Part shown: piece by piece, positions 38,082-47,083 of the stretch
How positions within the stretch are numbered: the first letter of the stretch is position 1
How the letters are laid out: the number at the start of each line of letters is the position of its first letter
IMG/VR virus record: IMGVR_UViG_3300021197_001949
Location: 2,984-66,983 of that record
DNA length: 64,000 bases
Direction: 5' to 3' (one strand)
DNA from: a virus
Made by a program: the position numbers and the translations under genes
The notes under the pieces: generated by a model
What the model saw: the letters and a program-made list of their open reading frames with translations, nothing else
Told to the model about the DNA's origin: nothing
Database searches by the model: none

Positions 38082-39512
38082 ATGGTCGCAGTCACTAAGA
38101 CATTCAACTACACAGGTACTCTACAACAGGCAACGATTCCACCAGGCACTACATCTATAGATGTACATCTCTGGGGCGGCGCTGGAGGTGGTGGAAGTTC
38201 AGATGCGGGAGGCCCAGGAGGCACAGGAGCCGCAGGACATTACGTTACATCGTCCACGATAACCATATCATCAGCACAGGTCAACACCACGCTGGAAGTG
38301 GCAGTGGGTGGTGGTGGAGCAGGTGGTAGTTCAGGTGGCGGTGCACCAGGTGGCACTAACGGAAAAAGCAAAACAGGTTATTCAGGTGGAGAAGGCGGTA
38401 ACGCTGGACCAAACCCATACTCGGGTTCAGGCGGAGGCGGCGGAGGAGCCACTCTAGTAAGGATTGACGGAACAGACATTGCAGTCGCAGGAGGCGGCGG
38501 TGGAGGAGCAGGCGCAGGACAAGGCTCTAATGGAACAGCAGGGGTAAACACAAACACAGCAACAGGTAATTCACCAGGCACACTGGGAGAAGACGGCAAG
38601 GACCACTCCGGAGACGGAGGTGGTGGTGGAGCCGGCGGAGGTGGTGTCGATGGCGGTACTTCTGGTGACGCAGGAACAGGAGATGCGGGCGGTACTGGCG
38701 GTAAGTCAGGATCCAACAACGCGGCCGGTGGCACACAAGATAACGGATCCGGAGTAACTCCGGGTGGCACGGGATCAGCATATTACAGTTCAGGAATTGC
38801 GGTAGGCGGACAACCAAGTTCGTCAGGAGCAGATGGTAAAGCGGTAGTGATATTCAACATAGGTGTGCAAGGAGAATTCAAAGTTGGAGGAGCATGGAAG
38901 TCTATAGAACAGGCTTTTTTCAAAGTCGGTGGTGCATGGAAGCAGATCACAGCAGGTTATGTTAAGATTGGTGGAGCATGGAAGGCATTGTTCAACTCGG
39001 GCGTGACTTTCGTGTCGACAGCCGCAGGCTTTGGTGACAGCAACGGTAGTTCTAGTTCAGGTGGCGGTGGATCTGGTGGTGGTGGTTGTTTCATTGCAGG
39101 CACACCGATAACAATGGCGGATGGTTCATTCAAGCCAGTTGAACAAGTCGAACTGGGTGATAGAGTAGCGGTTGGCGGCAAAGTGTTCGCAACAGCGAAG
39201 TTCTTGATAGACAACTTATACGAGTACAAAGGCATACAAGTATCAGGCACGCACATGGTCAAAGAAGACGGCATGTGGACAAGGGTGGAGAACAGCAAAC
39301 ACGGTGAATCCCTTGGCAATGACGATGCAATAGTGTATGTGTTTGGATCAGAGAACAGAAGAATCATAATTGACGGAATAGAATTCACAGACTACTTCGA
39401 ATTGAGCGAGCAACAAGAATTAGTAAATCACGGCGAACAAATCTTTAGTAATTGGCAGGATCATGATAGACAGATACATGATAAAAATGTTAATATACTG
39501 AATGCTTCATAG
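38082..39512 (+). CDS. glycine-rich adhesin-like protein with C-terminal Hint domain
   Basis: Polyglycine blocks, three K(V/I)GGAWK repeats, and a GGGG|CFIAGTPITMADGSFKPVEQVELGD Hint N-terminus. Confidence 0.75.
   Translation: MVAVTKTFNYTGTLQQATIPPGTTSIDVHLWGGAGGGGSSDAGGPGGTGAAGHYVTSSTITISSAQVNTTLEVAVGGGGAGGSSGGGAPGGTNGKSKTGYSGGEGGNAGPNPYSGSGGGGGGATLVRIDGTDIAVAGGGGGGAGAGQGSNGTAGVNTNTATGNSPGTLGEDGKDHSGDGGGGGAGGGGVDGGTSGDAGTGDAGGTGGKSGSNNAAGGTQDNGSGVTPGGTGSAYYSSGIAVGGQPSSSGADGKAVVIFNIGVQGEFKVGGAWKSIEQAFFKVGGAWKQITAGYVKIGGAWKALFNSGVTFVSTAAGFGDSNGSSSSGGGGSGGGGCFIAGTPITMADGSFKPVEQVELGDRVAVGGKVFATAKFLIDNLYEYKGIQVSGTHMVKEDGMWTRVENSKHGESLGNDDAIVYVFGSENRRIIIDGIEFTDYFELSEQQELVNHGEQIFSNWQDHDRQIHDKNVNILNAS
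38877..38984 (+). repeat. three 42-nt-period repeats encoding K(V/I)GGAWK
   Basis: KVGGAWKSIEQAFF / KVGGAWKQITAGYV / KIGGAWK. Confidence 0.8.
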
Positions 39513-40173
39513 TAGTTTTTACCAAGGACAGCAAGGCGAATGTTTCAGACAGTTAGACAAACACTGGGAAGACATAAAGCACGAGTTCGACACACAACCA
39601 AACAAAACTTTCCTGGAACCAGAAGATTTCTCTGACAGTGTGAGGGGATTGCCCGATGACTTTGATGACAGGTCAGGTGACTATGTTCACGGAGAATGGC
39701 AGGCGTTGGCAATACAGATCGGAGAGAAGGAACTGCAAAATTTTAACGATTATCCGATGCTGTACTCCATACTGAGAAAATTTCCCTACAAGACCAATGT
39801 CGCTATCATGACTGTCGGACCAGACACGAAGATTGGTAATCATACTGACAACGAAGGAGGATGGCGGTACCAAATGTGCCTAGATGACGGAGGGGGAGAC
39901 CAAAGCGGTATGCAAGTGATGAATTTAGAAACACGTGTGCAGGAACCTATGATTTGGAAAACAGGTGAAGCGTATGTTTTCCAGCCTGACAAACAATTAC
40001 ACAACGGATTCAACAAAAATACAAGGCCAAGGACCACGTTATTGATTGACTTTTGGAAAGAATCAGCGTACACTAAAGACAAGTTTGAAAAATATTACCA
40101 ACACTATTCGGAGTGCTTCGAAGGGTTGGAAAATTTAGTGGACACATATGAATCTAGGAAAAAACAAAAATAA
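39502..40173 (+). CDS. aspartyl/asparaginyl beta-hydroxylase-like Fe(II)/2OG oxygenase
   Basis: IGNHTD (HxD), WKTGEAYVF, LHNGFN and RTTLLIDF motifs. Confidence 0.75.
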   Translation: MLHSSFYQGQQGECFRQLDKHWEDIKHEFDTQPNKTFLEPEDFSDSVRGLPDDFDDRSGDYVHGEWQALAIQIGEKELQNFNDYPMLYSILRKFPYKTNVAIMTVGPDTKIGNHTDNEGGWRYQMCLDDGGGDQSGMQVMNLETRVQEPMIWKTGEAYVFQPDKQLHNGFNKNTRPRTTLLIDFWKESAYTKDKFEKYYQHYSECFEGLENLVDTYESRKKQK

Positions 40174-40738
40174 GATCGCAATAATAGGTCACACACGAGG
40201 CATAGGTAAAGCAATAGCCGATCTATACATCGACAAGAAATATAACGTGATAGGTATGAGCAGGAGCAATGGCTTTGATCTTGTTCATGATCAAGAAAAA
40301 ATTTTAGAGAAAATTGAGGACTGTGATCTCGTGGTGCTGAATGCACACTCCTTGCAAGGACAGTTGACCCTGCTGAAGAGAATTTACGGAAGATATTCAT
40401 TTAATAAAATGCAAGTGGCAGTGATCACAAGCACGTCAGGACTAGATGACGAACCCGACCTACAACAATTTAAACTCTGGGATAAGTTTGAGTACTCGCA
40501 GTATTGCGAAATTAAAAAAGAATTGATAGAATACATCAGTGAACTACAAGAAGAATTATTCACTAAACCTTTGTCGGTGTATGACATATGTCCAGACGTG
40601 GTGGACACAGATATGACAAAAGGATTATGGAACAATCTGCCAAAATTAACAGCACAAGAAGTTGCGGATGCAGTAAGATACTGTTTTGAGTCAACTTTCA
40701 ATGTGAACAAGATAGTGTTACAGAAAAATGCAAAGTAG
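40148..40738 (+). CDS. short-chain dehydrogenase/reductase
   Basis: IAIIGHTRGIGKA, YCEIK (YxxxK) and PDVVDTDM. Confidence 0.8.
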   Translation: MNLGKNKNKIAIIGHTRGIGKAIADLYIDKKYNVIGMSRSNGFDLVHDQEKILEKIEDCDLVVLNAHSLQGQLTLLKRIYGRYSFNKMQVAVITSTSGLDDEPDLQQFKLWDKFEYSQYCEIKKELIEYISELQEELFTKPLSVYDICPDVVDTDMTKGLWNNLPKLTAQEVADAVRYCFESTFNVNKIVLQKNAK

Positions 40739-41192
40739 ATCGTGGGACAGAGACAAGGATTATGAAACACTGGTCAAATGGTGGACACAATGGGAATTTG
40801 GAATAGTACCAAAGGATATGCTTCCTGTAGACGGAGTGATAGTTTCGATAGATGACAAACCAATTTGCGCCGCTGGGATATATTTGTATCCAAAGACAGC
40901 TCTCGCATTGATGGAATGGGTCGTATCAGACAAAGATTCGAATCTGAGGGAAAGGCACAAAGCTCTCAAAATGTGCATAGACAGTATTATGAATCTTGCC
41001 AAAGAAAGAGGTGCAAAGTTAGTGTACACAATGACAAAAGATGAGGCATTACACAAAAGATACACAAAATACCACAATATGGTGCTTACGGAGAGCAACG
41101 TAAAGACTTTTTTACGAGATCTAGACGGATCAAATTCTGAGGACTTAACTTGGATATCCGACGATGAGCAGATCGAATCACGTAATAAATAA
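40728..41192 (+). CDS. GNAT-like acyltransferase-fold protein
   Basis: PICAAGIYL...MEWVVSD...LAKERGAKLVY pattern. Confidence 0.5.
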   Translation: MQSRSWDRDKDYETLVKWWTQWEFGIVPKDMLPVDGVIVSIDDKPICAAGIYLYPKTALALMEWVVSDKDSNLRERHKALKMCIDSIMNLAKERGAKLVYTMTKDEALHKRYTKYHNMVLTESNVKTFLRDLDGSNSEDLTWISDDEQIESRNK

Positions 41193-41211
41193 GCATAAGG
41201 AGAGCATTTAA

Positions 41212-41394
41212 ATGGCAACAAAACAAGAAGTCGCAGACTACATCAACGCAAATTACGAATCGGAGTGGACGGCAGAAGAAGAAGCAAAGATCGATGCTAT
41301 GCTGACACCCGAACTGGCAACCATATTGATCAAATTAGTAGGCGATGTAAGTTTCTTGACAGAAGTCAGAGACAACGCATCAAACAACGACTAG
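41212..41394 (+). CDS. small acidic hypothetical protein
   Basis: TAAATA (41186-41191) and a strong SD (TAAGGAG) upstream. Confidence 0.65.
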   Translation: MATKQEVADYINANYESEWTAEEEAKIDAMLTPELATILIKLVGDVSFLTEVRDNASNND

Positions 41395-41397
41395 AAA

Positions 41398-43026
41398 ATG
41401 GCATACAAGATAAACAACACATTCGGAACCTTATTGGTTACCCTAGCGGACGGAACAATTGATGTTGCGACCACAGACCTCACACTGATAGGAAAAGGAT
41501 ACGCAGGGTTTGGCGAGAAGTTAAATGAGAACCTTGTAAAACTACTAGAGAATTTCAACAACACAACGGCACCAACAAATAAAGTGCAAGGACAGTTGTG
41601 GTACGACAAGACGAACAATCAGTTGAACGTCTACACAGGATCAAAATTCAAACCAGTTGGGTCAACAGCCAACTCTGCCACAGCGCCAACTAACGCGGTG
41701 CAGGGTGACTTGTGGTTTGACACAACCAACACTCAACTTTATGTGTACACAGGTTCTGCCTGGACACTTATTGGGCCGACAACAGTCGCTGGATCAGGAG
41801 TAACACAGGTTATCACAGAATCACCAGAAGACAACACAGGCGTCAAACGAAGTATTCTAAAACTTGTTGCCAATGACACCGTTGTTGGTGTGGTATCCAA
41901 CCTAGCATTCACACCAAGTTCAACGGAAACATTGGGTGCCGCACTGGTATCGGCGGGGTTCGCTACAGTGGCACAAGGTATTCAATTATCATCATCGGTT
42001 ACATCAGTGAAATTCAGAGGTACTGCCACGGACGCAGACGCATTGGGAGGCGTAGCCGCGGCCAACTATCTGAGATCAGATTCGGCTGACACTACAACAG
42101 GTAGATTAACAATACAAACAGACGACGGTATACGTATTGGTGCAGGTACTGATGTCACCATGAGTATGTCATCAGATGATTTCACCATTGCACAGACAAC
42201 ACAGGACAAGGACATAATTTTCACGGTCAATGATGGCGGAACTACAAAAGAAGCATTAAGAATTACAGGTTCTACAGGTAGGATAGAACATTTAAGAGTA
42301 GGCGACCTTACAGTGGACGGCACAAATACCATACTTAACACAAGCACTTTGAGTGTTGAGGACAACATCATTGAATTAAACAGGAACATATCTAACAACG
42401 CAGGTATGCCTAGTTTCACAGGATTAAAAGTGAACAGAGGTGAGACATCATCAGCAACTGAACAGAACCTTTATTGGGTATGGGACGAAACGTTTGCAGA
42501 TGACGGAACAACCATACATGGAAATGCAGGCGGTGCCTGGACAGCATTCAAGTCAGGTGGCGGAGAAAACGAATTATCAGCACCTACATTAGTTGATGTG
42601 AGAGCAAACATAGTACATGCAACATCAACATCGGCTCAGTACGCGGATTTGGCCGAAAGATACGCATCAGATGTACCACTATCTGTAGGTGAAGTTGTTA
42701 TATTGGGCGGATCGGAAGAGATAACAAGATGTGATAGTGATTTAAGTGACGCAGTTTTTGGAGTGGTCAGCGACAGTCCAGCATTTCTCATGAATGCTTC
42801 AGCAGGAAACAACGATTCACACCCAATGATAGCTCTAAAAGGAAGGGTATTTGTCAAACTTAACGGTTCTGGCAAGGCAGGAGACAGGATTGTTTCAGCA
42901 GGCGGAGGCGAGGCACGTGTCGCTACTTTAGACGAGTGCAACCATTTCAACGTGCTTGGGCGTTTAATTAAAGATAAATATAATGAAGAAACGGCACTCA
43001 CAGAGTGCATTATAGGAGTTAAGTAG
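41398..43026 (+). CDS. tail fibre/spike protein (paralog) with C-terminal chaperone-like domain
   Basis: Shared N-terminal module, DALGGVAAANYLRS, and TSAQYADLAE...IALKGRV. Confidence 0.7.
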   Translation: MAYKINNTFGTLLVTLADGTIDVATTDLTLIGKGYAGFGEKLNENLVKLLENFNNTTAPTNKVQGQLWYDKTNNQLNVYTGSKFKPVGSTANSATAPTNAVQGDLWFDTTNTQLYVYTGSAWTLIGPTTVAGSGVTQVITESPEDNTGVKRSILKLVANDTVVGVVSNLAFTPSSTETLGAALVSAGFATVAQGIQLSSSVTSVKFRGTATDADALGGVAAANYLRSDSADTTTGRLTIQTDDGIRIGAGTDVTMSMSSDDFTIAQTTQDKDIIFTVNDGGTTKEALRITGSTGRIEHLRVGDLTVDGTNTILNTSTLSVEDNIIELNRNISNNAGMPSFTGLKVNRGETSSATEQNLYWVWDETFADDGTTIHGNAGGAWTAFKSGGGENELSAPTLVDVRANIVHATSTSAQYADLAERYASDVPLSVGEVVILGGSEEITRCDSDLSDAVFGVVSDSPAFLMNASAGNNDSHPMIALKGRVFVKLNGSGKAGDRIVSAGGGEARVATLDECNHFNVLGRLIKDKYNEETALTECIIGVK

Positions 43027-43030
43027 TAAC

Positions 43031-43999
43031 ATGGCATATTCGGCAGGTGATACAATTTTAGACGACGAATACAACACATTCGTAAACAGCAGTTCAGATC
43101 CATACGGATACAATCATTTCGCAGGTACAGGAGCAGGTTCGTACGGTCTTGGACAGACACACATTGGCACAGTAGTAGCAGGCGATAACACTGTAACTGC
43201 ATCAAGTTGGAATTCATTATTCACGGGCATGGACAACATTTCCAACCACACAAACGTTTCTATCACAGCATCATCGGTCACAGCGGGAGACACAATCGCC
43301 GTGAGATCAGCATTGATCTCAGACCTAGCCAACCTGGCGGCGGCGGTCGCGGGCGGTTCAACATCCGCAACAGCAATTTCAGAATCATCAGAATTACAGA
43401 GTTCAGTCTCATCAACAAGATGGGTAGGATCACACATAGTAGAACACTCAATCACTTTCTCTAACAACGCTGACCTAAGGCACTTCTTCAATGCTGGAGG
43501 AACCATGAGGATGAAGTTTACAAGGAATGGCAACGGCGGAAGCGGAGCCACTTCTAAGGATTCGTCAGTAGATGAACTTATCAGTGCTTGTGGAAACTTC
43601 GACCTAAAGGCGCAGGTGTCAACTAGATCAGGTTCAGGAGAGAGTCTCACAGACGGTCTGGCAAACGGAGCGGCAGATCTTGATGCTAGTTACACGCAGT
43701 TGATGATCCTGACACAGTCTTCAGGCACATACACCTCAATGAACTTGAAGGTAGAGGCAAAGACAAACAACACAGACTACACAGATGCGACAGTGATAAC
43801 AATGAAATACTCACTGACTGATCCAGACTCAGGTGACGGCGAGTTCACAAGCGGTAACACATCAGGTGTTGATCAATACGCGAACTTCATCGGTCAGACC
43901 GACTTCGCCTTACACACTGTGAACCCAACAACAGCACAGGGTCTAGCAAGTGTGGCGGCAATCGCCAGTAGCGCCGTGGTCAGCAACACTACTGCATAA
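43031..43999 (+). CDS. virion structural protein
   Basis: MAYSAGDTI...; LRHFFNAGG motif; S/T/G-rich; last gene of the tail block. Confidence 0.55.
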   Translation: MAYSAGDTILDDEYNTFVNSSSDPYGYNHFAGTGAGSYGLGQTHIGTVVAGDNTVTASSWNSLFTGMDNISNHTNVSITASSVTAGDTIAVRSALISDLANLAAAVAGGSTSATAISESSELQSSVSSTRWVGSHIVEHSITFSNNADLRHFFNAGGTMRMKFTRNGNGGSGATSKDSSVDELISACGNFDLKAQVSTRSGSGESLTDGLANGAADLDASYTQLMILTQSSGTYTSMNLKVEAKTNNTDYTDATVITMKYSLTDPDSGDGEFTSGNTSGVDQYANFIGQTDFALHTVNPTTAQGLASVAAIASSAVVSNTTA

Positions 44000-44015
44000 T
44001 AAATTTTTCCCAGTA

Positions 44016-44044
44016 TTGATTTTATCCATAAATTACTGTATAAT
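44016..44044 (+). promoter_or_regulatory. sigma70 promoter for the tailoring-enzyme operon
   Basis: TTGATT-17 nt-TATAAT with TG immediately upstream of the -10 box; ATG follows 6 nt later. Confidence 0.7.
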
Positions 44045-44050
44045 ACAGTT

Positions 44051-44368
44051 ATGGATATTGGCAATCTCAAAAAACATGCAGACCTTACGTTCAAGGTAGT
44101 CCAGGCCAAGAAGAACGCCTTGGAGCGACTTAATTCGAGGCAACTGATGGCCTACAACGGACGACTGTTCCGTGCGGACGCCAACACAATAAACATAGTG
44201 AGCACACTGAAACAACATATGCATGAATTCTATGTGCTGGATGTCAATGACAATCCCTGCCACATCACGGATCCTGTGGATTTTCTTAGAAAACTCATCG
44301 AAAGGAATCAGGAAACATTAAATGCATATCAACAGTTACACCAAGATCTTGCGAACAAAAGGATCTAA
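44051..44368 (+). CDS. hypothetical protein
   Basis: 105 aa ORF, first gene after the promoter, coupled to the next gene by TAATG. Confidence 0.65.
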   Translation: MDIGNLKKHADLTFKVVQAKKNALERLNSRQLMAYNGRLFRADANTINIVSTLKQHMHEFYVLDVNDNPCHITDPVDFLRKLIERNQETLNAYQQLHQDLANKRI

Positions 44369-45120
44369 TGACCACAGGTGTATTACTGTACTGCTTTGAC
44401 ACCCCGGAGATGGACTACCACAAGTTGGCGGAACGTTGTGTGGCACAGATACGCAAATATCTACGACTGCCCGTTACGATCGTAACAAACTTTGAAACTT
44501 TTAAAAAATTCAAACCATTAGGGATGATCGATTATAGGTTGGTTAAAAACAAAACCACGAATACCAGATCATACAGAGGACAGAAAGTAGCATGGCACAA
44601 CAAGGAACGTGCCCTGGCATACGACCATTCACCCTACGAAACCACGATCTTGATGGATTGTGATTACTTCGTGTTTTCCTCAACACTTTTAGAATTAGTT
44701 AACACAGAGTTTGATATTTTGTTGCATGACCGTGTGCATGACATCACAGGGAAGGACATGATCATGGGACGGAATGAAAGCACTCTGCCTTTGGTGTGGG
44801 CAACAGTCACATTGTTCCGAAAAACAGAGAATGCACGTAGGGTGTTCGACATGATAAAACATGTTCAACAGTATTACCCTCACTATCAAAATTTATATAG
44901 AATAAGATACCCTAACTACAGGAATGATTATGCTTTTGCGATAGCCCTACACCAGTTGAATCTGGGCAACTTTATCCCAACACCCATGGCCATGTCAGCC
45001 GACAAGGTCGATGTAATAGACAGTGATGACGACGGTATTGTTTTCAAGTATGACGACTGTGTAAACCTCATAACAGGACAGGATGTCCATGTCATGGACA
45101 AGGAGTGGTGTAATGGATAG
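44368..45120 (+). CDS. GT-A fold glycosyltransferase-like protein
   Basis: SPYETTILMDCD (DxD), WATVTLFRK and YRNDYAFAIA. Confidence 0.7.
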   Translation: MTTGVLLYCFDTPEMDYHKLAERCVAQIRKYLRLPVTIVTNFETFKKFKPLGMIDYRLVKNKTTNTRSYRGQKVAWHNKERALAYDHSPYETTILMDCDYFVFSSTLLELVNTEFDILLHDRVHDITGKDMIMGRNESTLPLVWATVTLFRKTENARRVFDMIKHVQQYYPHYQNLYRIRYPNYRNDYAFAIALHQLNLGNFIPTPMAMSADKVDVIDSDDDGIVFKYDDCVNLITGQDVHVMDKEWCNG

Positions 45121-45913
45121 AGGATACATGTGGTTTGCATTGAATAATTCGACCACAGATTACATAGCACTCAGCAAGATACTAGCAACAAGCATCAAGA
45201 AATTCAACACACACAATAAAGTTTGTATAGTGACTAACGAGCCCATCGAAGATGAATTATTTGACTATGTGAAAATTTTAAAGACAGATGATAGTGCAGG
45301 CCAGGAATGGAAGTTGAGCAATGAATACAAGGCTTTCGGTTTGTCACCATTCACACACACAATTAAATTGGAGGCCGACATGATCTTCACACAGACCACT
45401 GACTGGTGGTGGAATCAATTATGGCAACATGATCAGGTGTTCTCCTACCACTGCAGGAACTACAAAGATAAATTGATTGAGCAAAGTTACTATAGAAAAT
45501 TATTCGCCAGAAACAATCTACCAGACGTGTACAATGGGTTGCACTATTTCAGGAAAAGCATGAAAGCGAAACAGTTCTATGACATCTGTAAGATTATTAC
45601 AAAACAGTGGTCAACAGTTAAAGAAATGGTATTAGTAAACTGTCATGACGAACAACCCACCACAGATGTCGTTTATGCATTGGCAAACAAAATGCAAGAT
45701 CCTTTACAGTTGGACAAAGTTGATTACGCATGGTTCAAATTCATGCATAACAAATTACACATAAATGAAATTGACTCATCATTTGACAATGACAATTACT
45801 TAAACCCTTTGAAAGTCAACGATACGTTGTACATAGGCGGATACAGACAGGACAGGGTAGTACATTATCATAACAAAGACATAGCAAAGGATTTAGATGT
45901 CCGGATTTTTTGA
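45113..45913 (+). CDS. GT-A fold glycosyltransferase-like protein (paralog)
   Basis: SPFTHTIKLEAD, LPDVYNGLHYFRKS and TDVVYALA; ATG at 45113 with AGGAG SD. Confidence 0.65.
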   Translation: MDRGYMWFALNNSTTDYIALSKILATSIKKFNTHNKVCIVTNEPIEDELFDYVKILKTDDSAGQEWKLSNEYKAFGLSPFTHTIKLEADMIFTQTTDWWWNQLWQHDQVFSYHCRNYKDKLIEQSYYRKLFARNNLPDVYNGLHYFRKSMKAKQFYDICKIITKQWSTVKEMVLVNCHDEQPTTDVVYALANKMQDPLQLDKVDYAWFKFMHNKLHINEIDSSFDNDNYLNPLKVNDTLYIGGYRQDRVVHYHNKDIAKDLDVRIF

Positions 45914-46202
45914 AGCATTTAACAATTGGCCAAAACCTGATGTGAAGAAATACATGGTTACTTTGCAGGGCAAAGAGATAGAGGTATCTTTGCAACAGAA
46001 ACTTGAAATAATTAGGATGGGCGAGGACAAGTACATGTTGGAAAACGGTAAAATTATTTTAAAACCAGTACAAAGAAAAACAGACAGGAAGTTTCCTGTA
46101 TTGTGTAGACATTCAAATGGTTTAGGTTTCCATGACAAAGACCCCCACTGGGTGCAAGGTGTCATAAAGGAAGGGTACAAATGGCAGATAGAGTCAGAAT
46201 AA
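45897..46202 (+). CDS. hypothetical protein
   Basis: 101 aa ORF overlapping both neighbours. Confidence 0.55.
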   Translation: MSGFFEAFNNWPKPDVKKYMVTLQGKEIEVSLQQKLEIIRMGEDKYMLENGKIILKPVQRKTDRKFPVLCRHSNGLGFHDKDPHWVQGVIKEGYKWQIESE

Positions 46203-47083
46203 GCGACCTAGACTTCGTGTACATCTCATTCAAGGAGCCAAACAAGGAAGAGAACTGGGCAGACCTCAAGAACAAAGTGCCATGGGCGAAAAGAGTTGAC
46301 GGTGTCGTTGGATTCGACAATGCACACAAGGCCGCGGCGAAAGTTGCGGAGACAGACTTCTTCATCAGCGTGGACGGGGATAACATTATAGATGAAACAT
46401 TTCTTTTACAAACTCTAGATTGGGAGAAAACAAATAAAAAAGCAGTGCATAGATGGAGAGCAAAAAATAATATTAATGGATTAGTCTATGGCAATGGCGG
46501 TTTAGTTGGATGGGACAAGGAGACCTGTCTGGCAATGAAGACCCATGAGAACGCAGACAAAGATGAGAACCAGATAGACTTCTGTTGGGGTGTGCCACAT
46601 GAAAACCTGTACAACTGTTATTCAAAGACAGTGATCAACGCAAGTGAGGAACAGGCGTTTGTGGCAGGTTACAGGGAAGGAGTCAAGATGAGCACTGAAA
46701 AGGGAAAACCTTTTCGCTCAAAAAATTTCAATACAATATGGCCGGAGAACTTACAGAGATTGAGCACGTGGTGTACCATTGGTGCTGACGTGGAGTATGG
46801 CAAGTACGCCATGTTGGGGGCCAGAATGGGTTGCTTCTACACGGTGCTGGAGAACTACAACACTGAATTACACATGGTTCGGGATCTTGATCACATGCTA
46901 GAGTACTTCAAAGGCATAGTCGATAGTGACAACGTTGACTACCAACTCACCATGTTCGGCAACAGCCTGAGACAGCAATTGGACCTGCCTATAGCAGAGA
47001 TGGATGAAGCACAGAGCAGATTCTACAGGTTCGTTAAACCAACACACAGGAACAAGGGGGTGCAAGATCGTGAGTACCAGTAA
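46181..47083 (+). CDS. glycosyltransferase-like protein (GT-A)
   Basis: ISFKEPN, AKRVDGVVGFDNAHKAAA, VDGD (DxD) and NGLVYGNGG. Confidence 0.7.
   Translation: MADRVRISDLDFVYISFKEPNKEENWADLKNKVPWAKRVDGVVGFDNAHKAAAKVAETDFFISVDGDNIIDETFLLQTLDWEKTNKKAVHRWRAKNNINGLVYGNGGLVGWDKETCLAMKTHENADKDENQIDFCWGVPHENLYNCYSKTVINASEEQAFVAGYREGVKMSTEKGKPFRSKNFNTIWPENLQRLSTWCTIGADVEYGKYAMLGARMGCFYTVLENYNTELHMVRDLDHMLEYFKGIVDSDNVDYQLTMFGNSLRQQLDLPIAEMDEAQSRFYRFVKPTHRNKGVQDREYQ

Noticed and set aside
39087-39512. Classical splicing intein
   Set aside because: No terminal His-Asn followed by Cys/Ser/Thr and no endonuclease domain; treated as a non-splicing Hint domain.
35117-43999. Diversity-generating retroelement or invertible fibre cassette
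   Set aside because: No reverse transcriptase or invertase, and no near-identical ~100-nt template/variable repeat pair seen; the paralog similarity is diverged.
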